From assembly GCA_976226885.1 (NCBI GenBank), contig OZ320314.1, forward strand, positions 104,036,001 through 104,100,000: DNA of 64,000 nt, read 5' to 3'. Of the stretch, positions 14,431 to 27,226 are shown piece after piece; position 1 is the stretch's first letter, and each line of letters begins with the position of its first letter. The stretch comes from Iphione sp. A-MEVVRFRX5. Its lineage: Eukaryota. Made by a program: the position numbers and the translations under genes. A model generated the notes under the pieces. That model saw only the letters and a program-made list of their open reading frames with translations, made no database searches and was not told the DNA's origin.

Positions 14431-16419
14431 GCCTGTGATGTGTCTGCCATGGCTGAACACCTAGAGCTACGTGGACGGCCACACGGATCCGCACGGCCCA
14501 AATCCCTGCCCTCGGCGTGGACCTGCGATACCCTCTGTATGCCATATAGGCGCTGCCGCAACTGATTTAGAAGTTTACTTGCGCCACTAAGATACTACTT
14601 ACACCTACCACACAACTCAAGGAGAAAAACGTTGTCAAGTTCTACGCTCATGCCAGTAACGCACATAATGCATGACTGGAACTCTGAACCTTACGAAATG
14701 ACTGCTACTTGTATATTGTTGGGTTGATAAGTGTACTGCAGTACTTTACCGGAAATAAAGTACTTGTCTGTGAAGATTTCCTAGAAGTATTATTGATCTA
14801 ACCTGGGGATGCCTTCAATTACATATTCCGAGCATTCTTGTACTGTGTTTTCCTTGGACCTTATAGCACATATGTACAGGTACAAGATGACCAATACAGG
14901 TTATTCAATGAGTTATGAATCGCCAGTTGGTTAAAGATCATATTCCTGGGTCAGGATTTAGCAGGAACCGTACATTCAGATAATGTCAGTTACGAAGCAA
15001 CTTCTGAGTCTATTCCGTACACACCAGAAATAATACATTGCTCGACCGGCAGACCTAAAAAGTCTCATTAGAGTCACTTTCAAAGTGTTGTAACAAAAAG
15101 TAAACTTTTGATTTTATGGGAATAAAGGGCTTTATGGACCATATACAAGTTGGACTCCAAATGCTTATTTGGGACATTGGAGCTTTACATAAATATGGCT
15201 ACCCTTTGGTCCAATACACGTACTATATTCGTTTCTATTAATATGCTCACAAAACCCTTTCCTTGAAATTGCAAGCGTGTGCAGTTATTGCAATATTTTT
15301 TCTCTTTCATGTAATTAGTCTTTCACTCTAATATATAATGCTTTCTTTAGTATACCACCTTTAAAAAATATACAGGTAACTTCGGTGCTAGCACTGGTTG
15401 TGATGTGAGGTTTAGCTTGGTTGAATAGACAAAGTGTCCGTTACATAGCGAAGGGGTAATCCTGTTCAGCCCTAAAGTAGGACCATATAGGTCAATGTTT
15501 TCAATGATAGTTCATTTCCGTACACAGAAAATGCATTTCATTATCTCTCTTAATGTCATTCCTAACTAAATGCATAAATAACATGAATAGCGTGTGTTTG
15601 TAAAATCACACTATTGTTAGATGAGGCTTCTATAGGCAGAGCTTCCTTCAGGCAGTGCTTCTTATATGTATATTCTTTAACATTCACGTCGCTAACCTCT
15701 CACCCGTTTTACAGTAATTAAGACTGTTCTGTCTGACAATTAATTGTCATTTATCTGAACTTGGCCAGAAAGATACATGTACCCAGGAGCTGTTTTCACT
15801 TGTGGGCCAACATATTTTTAAATGACAAGAGGGCCTGTGACAGAAATCCTGAAACTGGACAATTTAAATCTAAATCCACACGGAGAATATCCTCATGGCC
15901 CGATCCACGCGTCGGGAAACTCAGCAATTTGAATTAAATATCATCTTGAATTGGTACATTTCATACAGGTACACAGTGGTTAGACAGCGGTTGCTTCTGT
16001 TGCGCAAATAGAACCGCATTTGTAAATTTCCAATTTATTTTCACTTTTGCCCATTTACATACTAGTTGATTAAGCGTGCTAATCCCTGTGTGTTTTACCA
16101 TTCTTGTTTATAGTTAATTTAAAATCCATCTTTTTATCCAACTTCACTCGACCACACTGTTCAACACAAGCCATTCTGGGGTAAAATGTTATGTAACTAA
16201 AATATAGGAGGCTTAATCGATTCCTCTAGCAATATTTCTCCTGAACGTCACTTTCATTAACTGTGAAATTAACTAAATACAAAAAGTGTCATTTATTACA
16301 AATAAATAGCTATCAGGCCTGCATTACTTTAATTACTTCTCATATCCCGAGCTGAACTCTTGAAAACCAACCTCCAAAAGACTAGCAGGCTCTGATTTAT
16401 TTTCAAGGTCATGGAAAGA

Positions 16420-16620
16420 CTATGCTCCCGACTGGTAAACAGTTTTTGTTTCATGTGGAGGGCTCAAATTGCATGTCTGAAGGCCATACTGGTGGGAAAA
16501 ATTATCGATAGATAGACTTCTCCACTTAATGAGAAAATCTCTGGCTATCTGCCATTTTATATAATACAAAGTCGGCCCGGGGCTTTTTTTCGCCCTGTGC
16601 TTATCATATGACGAGGGCAA
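16420..16620 (-). mobile_element. Probable LINE RT N-terminal fragment
   Basis: AKKSPGPT followed by LQTCNLSPPHETK, resembling KKSPGPD...WKxANVSPIHK. Confidence 0.35.
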
Positions 16621-17239
16621 AGGTAAGATATATTAGTCTGGGAGCGTACTTCCAGGGCGACCTTGGGAGAAAGGAAATTATGAGTTGCTCCTATGTCGTT
16701 GAGCAGGCACGGAGGGCGATGTTACTATCAGACACCTTCATCATAATACGCTGTGAAAGGAATTATGCAACGAAGCAGATAATCCACAGGCCTTAACGTT
16801 CTTGGTAGAATACTCAGAATCTAGGAAGGAGAGATAAACGGAACGGAAAGGGACGATGGAGCGGAGGGGAATGAAACAAGCGAGTGGGAAGGAAGAGAAA
16901 GATATGGTGGTGAAATAGAAGAATGTTAATGTTAAAATATGAAACGAGAGGGCCAAAGGGTGCAAGATTTTGTCATAATCTTTTTCTTGGAACGAGAGTT
17001 GGATAGCGAGGGCAAGAAAAATAGTGCGGGAGAGGGTGACTGAATAAGAGGTAACGGGGAGAATAAAAACTAATTACATGTAAATAAAAAAAAATCTTGG
17101 AGAGATGAGGTTAGACCTTCAGGGAGAATCAGTATTCAAACTATTCTGTGACAAAGACAGAAAGCGTGCCGAAAATTGAAAGGGCAATGAAATGGCTGCC
17201 AGGAATGAGGTCCTTCCACGGTCAACTCAAAAAGAAATA

Positions 17240-17440
17240 CCTTTATTGGCACTCACCACCACAGCGGCTAAATACCCGTGTAGAGATAATCCTGGGAACA
17301 TCTAAGCGGGCGGTATTTGTGGGAAGCGTGCCCATCTGCTTGCTCACGGGATTGTTCAATCTCATCCCCCGGACACTTGCTATTGACGCTGGAGAAGTAT
17401 TTAACACCTCATCAGTCATCTCGACATGAAAGGACGGCGC
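17240..17440 (-). mobile_element. Probable LINE RT N-terminal fragment
   Basis: TDEVL / KYFSSVNSKCPGDEI / GTLPTNTARLDV across frames, resembling EEVL..L...KSPGPDEI...GTLPxDWKRA. Confidence 0.35.
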
Positions 17441-19760
17441 GCGTTTCAATGAAGGAAAGCACCGGCCTTCATTCGCATAATTCCGGCTCACCACATTCCA
17501 AGACACTCCATAATTCTAATGGCCAAACATGGAATAAACTTGTCAAATAGATTTCTTCCCTTATTGGCAATTCCCGTTTGATAATCCCAATAGTTGCCAC
17601 AACAGGAGGGTGCAGGTTAAATGGACAGAAGTGATCGATTTGACTAGACCATTACCAATCGTAAAACTACACACCTCCTTGACAGCCTTTCACTCAGCCA
17701 AGCCTGCTGTTCTCGGACACAGTGCAGCACCATTAGAATCACGTATGATGAACAGAAACCCATGTAAACCGCGGAACGTATGTTTTACTTAAATGTACCA
17801 GGTTTCAAATTAATCTTTTCATCTTTTTACATTTTGACTATAGGCACTGTAAGAAAGAGGCTACTTGCTACTTGTCGGTCAGAGTTCCCTGAAATACATG
17901 TAGACGTTTATGACAAAGGACCATTGTTACTTCGCCTTGCATAGCTTTCGTAAATAACACAGGGCATTTTAACCCAGAAACCGTCTACTAACTGGTTAAC
18001 GTCCATGGAGAAAGCTGTCATTGATGAATAAGGATATCTTTTTAGAAAAACATTAGTTAGAATAAAACCGGTGACAAAGGAAGTAAAATGAATTTTTGAA
18101 GCACATGACAACACAATGATTTTTTGCTAAAATGACAGAGATTATCACAATGGGCCAGATGCTGGTTTCTAAACTATAATGTTGCAATTATAAAATCAGC
18201 TTTTGGCGACGACTATTACAGTACGCGAAAGGCGGTTGTGAAAGTCATATATATACCTGTATGTGTATATATGTATACCTAAGGGAAAATTGTCTTCAAA
18301 ATCAGATCCACAAATCGTTGGAAAGACGGACAATACAAAGCAAAATGTGTCAGTATGCCAGATCTCACAAATGCAATTTATTGTTCTAAACCCAAATGAC
18401 GCCGAATCCAATAATAGGCGGTACACTTTGGCCAAAAGGCTTTGCTTGTGTCGATTATGAAGGTTACACTAAACGTGAAACAGCCATAGACTTAAAAGAC
18501 AAAATATGGTGACTAGGATCAGTCTATAGATTTAGGCAAAATCATGACAAACATTCTTCATGAAAGATTTGGTAACTTATATATATAATAACGCACGACG
18601 AGCATGACAATCATGGATTGCCATAGTTTCAATTTGAACGTTCTTTTTATACATCTGGTGAATTGTTGACAGTAAGGGGCACACTAAAAACATCTTGTAT
18701 TTATGTGAGCAGCAAAATTCGGTAACAAGGTCAGTTTACAGCTTAATCTGACAGAATTAGTAAAAAGAGACATTCTTAATTAAGAGGTTTTGTGTGTTGG
18801 TGGCGAAATTGATATTGTTTTATTTAGCATATGAAATGGACCTTTTCATTATTTAATAATTTTTGTTTAAAAAGTATGACATATATCTTTCAATAGAAAA
18901 TGATATCAATTGTAAACGTCCCCTTTGACATTTGACATTCGCAAAGGACATTTGTTTCACTATTTTTACACATCTTCAAATATATGTATAGTGTTTCTAT
19001 TGTTTTATATACCCATTCAAGGGCATTTAAAAATGTTTGGCTTTTTGTTTGCTTTAGTGTTGGAGAGTAAATCGATATGCCTTGCAATGAATCGTATTTC
19101 TCTCACAAATTACACGATGCAGAAAATGTAACCTATCCGGGTTTCCGGGGAGGAACTGACGAAAAAATAATGAGCAGTGTGATAAAAGCATGCGAGTTAA
19201 CAATGGGGTCCTACCAGGGTAACAATGTTTCAATCTTGAATGCATGCCCTTACCTGACATGTCCTTCCTCTTTTTTGCTGTTCAGTATTACACATTTGTC
19301 TTTTTTCTACATGTTGCAGGTGAGAGCAAGAAGAAGGACTAGTCCTACCTTTAGAACTGCAACAGCTACAGGTTCCATAGCAACAAAAGCAACGTCTGCT
19401 TTTACTACTACTCATTTATTGGCACCACCAGCACAAGCACCAGTACCAAAGATTCAACAGAATCAGGCCATCTTGTCTGGCTGCTAGCTCAGAAAATGGA
19501 GAAGTGATTAACTATAGATGCTGTACGAATTACAGCAGCAACCAATGGGAATATCTGCCCGGTAAGTGGAGACGGTCTGACACCAGGGAAAAATTCCCGG
19601 CCTGTCTCTGCGCGCGACCCATTTGGCTGACTTAAATACACCTCTACTGGGTGTGGGGTCTTGTTGTGGGACAATCGAACCACCAACCCAGACCGGAATG
19701 ACTTGCCCATCCTAGGAGCTGGGGTCTCTCCCAGGTTTGTACACCCCACAACGGTTCAAC

Positions 19761-21953
19761 ATGGCTTCACTACGGCTGGCGCTGTACGTGCTGCTGCAGG
19801 TGGTCACGCTGCTAGTTCCGCGGCCACCGCTAGGTTTCGCCTGCGTCTTCCCGGAGTACCTGCAGTCGGGCGACGGTTTCGGTACGGAGATCATGCGGCA
19901 GTGGCATTGGCACATCATGGCTGGCTATCACGAGAGCGCGCACGCCTACACGTACGTGGTCAAATTCGAGGGCAAGATCATGAACGTGACGGTGCGCGGG
20001 TCATCACGCAAGAAGCGCAAGGACCAGCCCTACACGCGCGAATGCTTCCAGCAGGTCAGCCCCGGCCGCTACATCGCCATCCACCGCGAGCCCGAGCAGC
20101 AGCGCGACAAGTTCGTCTGCGTGCAGTTCCTGAAGCGCAGCGACGTCGTCGTTCAGCTGCGCGAGTCGCGCCTCAAGAAGCGGCCCGACCCGACGCTGTG
20201 CTGGGACGAGAACCTCACTCTTGACCGCTGGCCCATGGTGAACCGTATCGACATCTTCAAGGCACACATTGACTGCCCGCTGACGGACGGCTTCAACATG
20301 AAGATCTACGATAAAGTATCTGGCATGGGCATCTGCGATACCTTTGACGGCGAGACGCGCCTGGAGAGCGAGTGTATGGTCGGCGAGGGACTGTTCTTCC
20401 GCTACCGCCACGAGAACTGCATTCCCACGGGGATACACATGCGCACCAACCAGCGCACGTACTGTATTGCCAACTGGCAGCAGGGCAGCTACACCTTCTC
20501 CATAATTCGACACGACCGCCTCAATCACCAGTGGTGTTTCCGCTTCCCCACCAAGCACGGGTCGCGTTTTGGCGCCACGCTCTTCCGCAACGTCTACTGC
20601 GACGAGGAGGACTTCCCGTCCGACTCCTTGGACTATCTCGATCTGTCCATCACCAGCGACACTCCCCGCCCGCTCAACTCGCTCTGTATGGACGACTTCG
20701 ACGCGTGCAACATGTGGTCGAATCCCTGCAAGCACGCCGGCTCCGTCATGCATCTCACGTGCGCCCGCACGTGCCGCATCTGCCGCGACACGCGCCCGGC
20801 GACGTGTACGTTACCCGGTCGCTTCCACGGCCGATGGCTGGACACGTCGGACGTCGGACGTCACGTCGTCGACATCAGCGACATGTTCGTCACGGAGGCC
20901 ACCTTCGCCCGCATGCACTGCATCCACTGGCAGGACGGTCACTCCTACGGCGAGCCGGAGAACTACGAACAGATGCTGGTGACGACCTTCCAGAACGGCT
21001 GCCGGCCGCGCTACCAGTGCGTACAGCTACAGAAGCGCAACCCGTCCATCCTGCGCTACAAGCTGAGCCAGAGCCAGATCTGGCCGTTCGAGGAAACCAG
21101 CGGCATCATCGTCGACTGCTCGTCGTTCACCTACCGCGACGACGACGCGCCGCTGCGCGACCGCTTCCGCACGCGCCACTTCAAGACGCTCATCTCCATG
21201 TCCGAGCGGATCTACGTCAGCTGCGAGTTACCGCACATCTTTGAGTTCACGGTCATCTACGCGGACGGCACGAGTTGTAACGGCACGCTGGAGCAGCCGC
21301 CCATCCTCAGCCGCACCAAGATGGTGATGCACCTCCCGCGCTGCGCCGGCAAGGTGGAGGTGCAGACGTTTGCCTGTCTCGACTCCAACCGTCACGGCGG
21401 TTACGTCAGCGACCAGATGATCGTCACCGAGTCGCAGGACACGTCGAGCGAGCTGCTCTGCTGGCTACTTCCGGCCGTCCCCGGAGACGTCTTCTACCTG
21501 CTGCCTGCCTCGCAGTGCAACGAGGGCGCCAAGGACAAGATCACCGGTTTGCAGCTCAGTCCCATCGCCATCTTCCACAAGCACCGGCCCCCACCTCAAG
21601 TGGTGGTGGTGCAGCCCAAGACGGGCGATCAGAGCCCCGGGGCCGACTCGGGCAGAGACTCGGCCGCCGCCGCCGCCGGCGACCACCCGGGGGGCAGCGG
21701 CTTGCAGAATGCCTTGAAGAACGCTCAGGAGGACGCCGCCGATGGTGAGGTGGGCCTGGACAATGAGACCGCCGGCAAGCGGGTGGAGGAGCAGAGTGAC
21801 AAGCAGAGAGACAAGTCCCCGCGCTCATCGCCCGACGAAATGAGCGGAGGGAGCGGTGGTAGACAGAGCCTGAGTGGAGCTTGTGCTATACTAGCACTCC
21901 TGGCGGGCTTGTGCCCGTCGTTGGGACTTATACACAGGAGGGCGCCCGGGTGA
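19761..21953 (+). CDS. Intronless secreted or cell-surface cysteine-rich protein (730 aa): signal peptide, two related extracellular halves flanking an ShK-type domain, low-complexity stalk, hydrophobic C-terminal GPI/TM segment; function unknown
   Basis: Only long ORF in the window (738 codons from the GTT/TTG-type start used by the track; first ATG at 19761 in context TCAACATGG, stop TGA 21951-21953). Strong G/C third-position bias. Hydrophobic N-terminus MASLRLALYVLLQVVTLLVPRPPLGFA followed by CVFP. Repeated module starts CVFP (aa28), CPL (aa172), CTLP (aa349), CELP (aa488); FVCVQFLKRSDVVVQL parallels YQCVQLQKRNPSILRY. N-glycosylation sequons NVT, NLT, NGT, NET. Tail SGGSGGRQSLSGACAILALLAGLCPSLGLI. 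From memory it resembles invertebrate DUF7042/DUF7043-type proteins; not verified. Confidence 0.9.
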   Translation: MASLRLALYVLLQVVTLLVPRPPLGFACVFPEYLQSGDGFGTEIMRQWHWHIMAGYHESAHAYTYVVKFEGKIMNVTVRGSSRKKRKDQPYTRECFQQVSPGRYIAIHREPEQQRDKFVCVQFLKRSDVVVQLRESRLKKRPDPTLCWDENLTLDRWPMVNRIDIFKAHIDCPLTDGFNMKIYDKVSGMGICDTFDGETRLESECMVGEGLFFRYRHENCIPTGIHMRTNQRTYCIANWQQGSYTFSIIRHDRLNHQWCFRFPTKHGSRFGATLFRNVYCDEEDFPSDSLDYLDLSITSDTPRPLNSLCMDDFDACNMWSNPCKHAGSVMHLTCARTCRICRDTRPATCTLPGRFHGRWLDTSDVGRHVVDISDMFVTEATFARMHCIHWQDGHSYGEPENYEQMLVTTFQNGCRPRYQCVQLQKRNPSILRYKLSQSQIWPFEETSGIIVDCSSFTYRDDDAPLRDRFRTRHFKTLISMSERIYVSCELPHIFEFTVIYADGTSCNGTLEQPPILSRTKMVMHLPRCAGKVEVQTFACLDSNRHGGYVSDQMIVTESQDTSSELLCWLLPAVPGDVFYLLPASQCNEGAKDKITGLQLSPIAIFHKHRPPPQVVVVQPKTGDQSPGADSGRDSAAAAAGDHPGGSGLQNALKNAQEDAADGEVGLDNETAGKRVEEQSDKQRDKSPRSSPDEMSGGSGGRQSLSGACAILALLAGLCPSLGLIHRRAPG
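20685..20783 (+). other. ShK/ShKT six-cysteine domain within the CDS (aa309-341)
   Basis: CMDDFDACNMWSNPCKHAGSVMHLTCARTCRIC: C-x6-C-x6-C-x10-C-x3-C-x2-C with CxD, CxxW and CxxTCxxC, the ShKT hallmark motifs. Confidence 0.85.
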
Positions 21954-23339
21954 TGATTGGACCCCTGGGCCAGGACGCGGCCGGGATCAGATGCTAATGA
22001 CTGGAGGACCCGTGAACATGGATGATTCACTGGAGGGAGGGGTCAAAGTGGCTCAAAGATTATTTTCTCAGTTGCCTCCTAGCTCCAGTGATATTTCTGA
22101 GTACAAAGAGGAGGGAAGAAAAAGGCATATTTTACAGCTATATTTTGAAAGTTTGTTCCCGTCACAAGACCCCTTAATAATTGAGAGGCATTTGCATGTG
22201 TGTACGTAAAACGAAAAGCGGCACTTAAAGAGGCATTGGTCATGTAAACTTGTCTGAGACAATAGGGAAAAAAGATATTTTCAAGTAGTTTTAAGCAATG
22301 TTTTCCTAACATCATCAACTTACAGTCGTAATGGAGTTGTCTGTGAACAGTTTAAAAAGTGATTCTCAACATGCAGGGACTAATGTCAGTTTCATGTTTC
22401 TCATGGGCCAACCATAGTCTCTGCACTGAAGGCAGTCTGTTCTGTCACATGCTTATTTATTGCGCGTTTTATTGATGTTATCCCTCCCTATTTCAGCGAT
22501 TTGGTTTGACAAGAGCATTGAAGTGTAAATATCAAAGCCTTCTACTCAGAAATATCAGCTAGGTTAAGACCACCATTCTTGTTGTAAACATAAAAAAAGA
22601 CCATCCAGTATCTCAATTTTGTGTAAAGCATTGCCTTGAGTAGTCTGCGATACATTAGTACATGTATCTAATCAGGGGCTTTCATTGAGTAAGGATGTTG
22701 ACCTGTAGCTGTTGGCACGTAGTGTACCTGACCTTCCACTGTGAACATTTTACTACGGGGTCGAGCCCACCGTCCCCGAGGGGATTTGGAACATGGCTGA
22801 GCTCTATCAGACCAGGGAGGGATATATGCCTACCCCCCCCTCCCGACTGGCTCCTTGGAATCGTATCCAACTCAATTTGGAATCGTCTGGATCGCTGCCA
22901 GGATTGGTTTATCAGCAACTCACTATCGGGTGCTTTTTATTGGCGGCGATCACGAACTCCAAAAGATGAGGAGGAGGAGGAGCAGGAGCCTGCGCTCAAC
23001 ACGGACACAAACACTGCACATTCACACAGACATACACACACGCACACACCCAAGGACTCTGCTACAGAGACGTCCGTACTATATACAGAATACACAAAGA
23101 TTTCACGTACGGACCCACACATAGCATACACATCTTCAATGGGCTCTACGGCCAAGGAGAAGAAACAGACAAACGGCGCCATCTAGAACATACCCCTGCA
23201 CCAGGTGCAAGATCACCACGTAGTAGTTGGATTGGCAGACCACCCAGTGCCATAAAGTGAGAGAACTCTCTGAGGCGGGGTTCATCGCTAGCAATTAGAA
23301 CTTGGCATTTCGACCGTGCGGTCCCTTCCCCGCCGGCCA

Positions 23340-23500
23340 ATGAGTCGGCGCATATTATATCGGACTTTGCCTGGCGAGAGCTCTTTAGCTGCGGGCAGGC
23401 GAGCGGGCCGGACAAACGGACGGCCGAATTAAGAGTCTCTATTGTCGCCTGCCACGGAAGGGAGTCATCACTGCTTCTGGTGCAGCTGTCAGTGAGGCCC
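23340..23500 (+). mobile_element. Possible LINE RT N-terminal fragment
   Basis: GQASGPDKRTAELR resembles the GKAxGPDxIxAELL motif. Confidence 0.3.
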
Positions 23501-24628
23501 ACAGCCAACACAGCTAATGCGAGTACCGAGACGGAATGGGAAGAAAAGAAAACGCGTGAGCTCGCTTAACTTCTGTTTCGTTTTGTGTGTGCATGCGCTT
23601 TTACTAAGAAGAATCCGCAGATGTACATATGAAGAAGGCATAAGAAAAGTCAGTGTGTAGATACTGAACTCCGCTGGTTTCCATCCAAAAGATAACTAAC
23701 CATATACTTGTATTTATACATGTATATTGTATCTGTGGCATTACTATATTTTTAATTCTCCCACATATGAAAAATATTGTGGTTTCATTGGCCCACATAT
23801 AAAATGATGGAAATGAAAATTTGCCTCCCACCATATAAAGGACACTTCTCTTATCAGTACCATTCGGCTAAAGCTCCTCATTTCCGTAAATTAAGTATAC
23901 ATGATTTTTTTTAGGAAGTGTACCATTAATTTCTTTGTTGGTATATTTTCATTTTGAAGTCAATGGTTGAGGCACTTAAATATTAGTAATAGTTAAATAC
24001 ATGTATATCCATATATATGATGTACACCTTCTGGGTATTAACATTCTAGAGTTTCTCTTTAGCTTTTATGTTTGATTTCACTTCTATCTCAAACCCCACA
24101 ATTAAAAGAAAGCTACCTTTCAAGCAGCTTAAAACTACCATTCCGAGAAGGATCAATTCATTGAAGATATTGGTCCCAATTACTGTCAATTCGTCGTGTC
24201 TTCAGACCAGTATTTGCAAAAAAAACAAAACCAGTATGATCCCTATTACGGGTCACCGCTTTTCAAAGTTTACAAAGCTATATTTGAGGTAAACAAACAA
24301 TATCCTGCCACCCAAAGACCTTGCCCGAGATCATATTGTTTGTCTCTTGAATATAAGCTATACTTGTTTCTGGTACATTGAACTGTATTTTGGTGCGAGT
24401 AAAGGTACAGATCTTCTCAGGTCTCTCTGTACGAGCTAAAAATCAGTCATCCAGCACAACCACAGTCCGATGGAAAGTACATTAGTAGGAAGAAATAATT
24501 AGTACATGTCTGCGCATATAAAATGATTTCTGTGGCCTTCTTAACATGTTTGTGAAAGATAGTAACGGGTAAGGTAATTGTAGAAATGATAGATGCTCTG
24601 CATTCTAAGACACGATCAAAGAAACGTA

Positions 24629-24808
24629 CAGTTGAGACCTGTACATATCGACCCAAGCTCGGGACTGGTTAATTCTGGTCCCTCCACCGGTTTGGTCCCA
24701 TTAGCTATTTTCTACATGGAGGGAAGAGAATGATTTGGTTTTAAGGATCTGAGTTTCTTCCCCAGTTTAGTCTCCCCTGTGATCTGGTCTTTAACCGCGT
24801 CTCTACTG
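24629..24808. mobile_element. Degenerate MITE-like element with TA target duplication
   Basis: TA-CAGTTGAGAC ... GTCTCTACTG-TA (9/10 inverted match), 180 bp, same end style as the elements at 13552 and 57030. Confidence 0.5.
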
Positions 24809-27187
24809 TATTCTACACCTATCCTATAACCACAATAAAAGCACCAGTATTTTATGGTAAATGCATTTCCTACCGTATTTTTGTATCGAAACTTATGTTA
24901 CCATGTACATGTCCATCTTGCATTTATTTACAAACCCTGACAATAACTAGCAACTGACGATCCTAACCCCCCCCCTCCGGACCCGAGTTCCCAGCGATTA
25001 ACATCTCTAAACAAATTCCAGAGCACAGGGTGACCTTAGATATAAGTCAATGAGAAGGGGCCATGAAAATTACTGAGTATTGAGGTGCATGTTGAGCTTG
25101 TATGTCAATATTAACGCGGTTATCGCAACTAATTCATATAAGATCATGTTACTGCTGACACATTGTCGTCTTTCGTTCAGGAGGCGACCGTCGACATGGT
25201 GAGCGACTCTCCTTTCGTTGATTTCGGATGGATTATTACTTGTAAGTCCTCGAGCAGAAATGTCAATCTCCATGTGCACTGCACGCTCCCATTGCTTAGT
25301 GTTCTCCCTAACAGCTTTACAGGCTTGTCTGGACCTTGACCTTTGAGGATGGGAGAGTTTGATGGACATGGAGAGCGTAGAATGTTCACGGGCCCAAAGA
25401 GTGAATAAACGGGAGTAGTTTGTTGGTCACCATGAACCTCAATGGCACGAAATGTTAAGTTGTAAACCTCGCTTGAGGGGACACGGAGGTGCCAACGAGA
25501 TATATAGAGTCATTTACTGTGTACAATAAAGATGGATACAATGTATCTTTCTAATTATAACCTGGACACTGGTGCTGACGATTTTTCCCCTTTCGTAGGC
25601 TTTCTTGTCTGTTCCTTAGTTTCGAAGGGCAGTGGCGAAGAGAGAACATTGTGTTATTCATGTGCAAAGAATGAATGGGTTTATAAATGGCGAACGTATA
25701 TGATGTTAAAAGAAGTAGTATTGGTATTTGTATACTCACCCTTTCATATACGATTGTAAAAAAAACGATATACATATATCTATATTACAGACCGGACATA
25801 TACGTGTACATACTAACATGGTTGTGAGTAGGTTGGTAATTATCCGACAACATGAAAAGTGACCTACCCTTATCAAAGAAATAAAAGTACTATGAATGCC
25901 ATATAAGCAGACCCATGAACCTTGTGTATTGTACAGCTATTGTGCGTGCAGTGGGGGCAGGGGGTTTAGTGTAAAGCTTCATTGATAACGTGATCTGACT
26001 TCAACCGAAACCAAATTTGATCTATATGCCTATGAGGCATATCCACAGTGAACGAAGCACAATGGATAAAGGTACAATAAACAAAAATCTTTAGAAAGGA
26101 GACAATCATTTCACATTTGGCTTTGTTACGGCCATTTCTTTTCGAATGTATTAATTTTCTCGCAGTCGGTATTTTTGTGTCCCCTGGTTCGTTTTATTCC
26201 GGTCTGCCTTCATTTTATCTTGTTGTTTGGCTTATTATCTTTTTGTTCTGTTTTATCAGCCAAAGTCTTGTTATCCAGCGGAAGAATTAAAAGAAATAGC
26301 TGGTCGATGCCTCTCCACGCTTAATGGTTGAAACATGTTACATTAAATCACGGAAGCGTTAAGCAATTTTAGTCCTAAAAGGATCCAAAATTTAGACTTA
26401 AAATCTTAACTTTTGCTCTAATTGTGCTTTCTAGGTGTCACGGAAAAGAATAATTCTACGTTTCTTTAACGGAGCATTTTGATGTAGATACGAAGAATGA
26501 CACTTGAATCTCTTTGAGTCTGGATCTAAAGATGGAAGCGTGTTGGGTTAAATATTACAGGCATGGTTATTCCTAGATCTACTTTGTAATTGCGATGGTC
26601 TGCCACATTTACAAGCCTTCCTCTGCATTCTGTTCAATTCACATACAGACCAAGTCAAATTGTTGGGGAAATACCTCACAAAAAAGGTTCCAGCCTCTTA
26701 TCACCTTACACGTCCTTTTGGGCTGGCCAAATGTACAGCTGCATGATTGGATAGAAGACTGTAAATAAACTGTATTGTTTGATATGCTGTTTGCGTCATA
26801 TATTACAAGGACAACCCATGATCCCCTACTGAATACTGCGTAGTTTCATATTGCGGGAGCATCGGATAACGGACAGAATACTGTAGCTTTAATTAGAGAG
26901 AGAGCAGGTCCTATCAATATCAGTTCCATCGTGTATTCTAGTGGGAAACCTGGGATGAAATCCTCGTTGGATCCTATCTAAATTATTTTTTCCCCTGCAT
27001 TGGGCAGCCACGTGAACTGGGGGTATTCATGGCCCAAGGCCGTGAATAATAAAACAGGATATTTAAATTAAGCAATAAACCGGTGAGAACGATACGCAAG
27101 GTGAGAAGAACACTCATTGAAAAGACTATTTCGTGAGGATTGACAGAACCAGGTAGTAATTGCGACAAAGGCAGAATACAAAGTGAA

Positions 27188-27194
<7 letters not shown>

Positions 27195-27226
<32 letters not shown>

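Noticed and set aside
19661-21828. Overlapping ORFs in and against the main gene (19661-20224, 20004-20753, 20372-21244, 20569-20982, 21556-21828 and others)
   Set aside because: Expected shadow ORFs of a GC3-rich coding sequence; Arg/Pro/Ala-rich translations with no independent signal.
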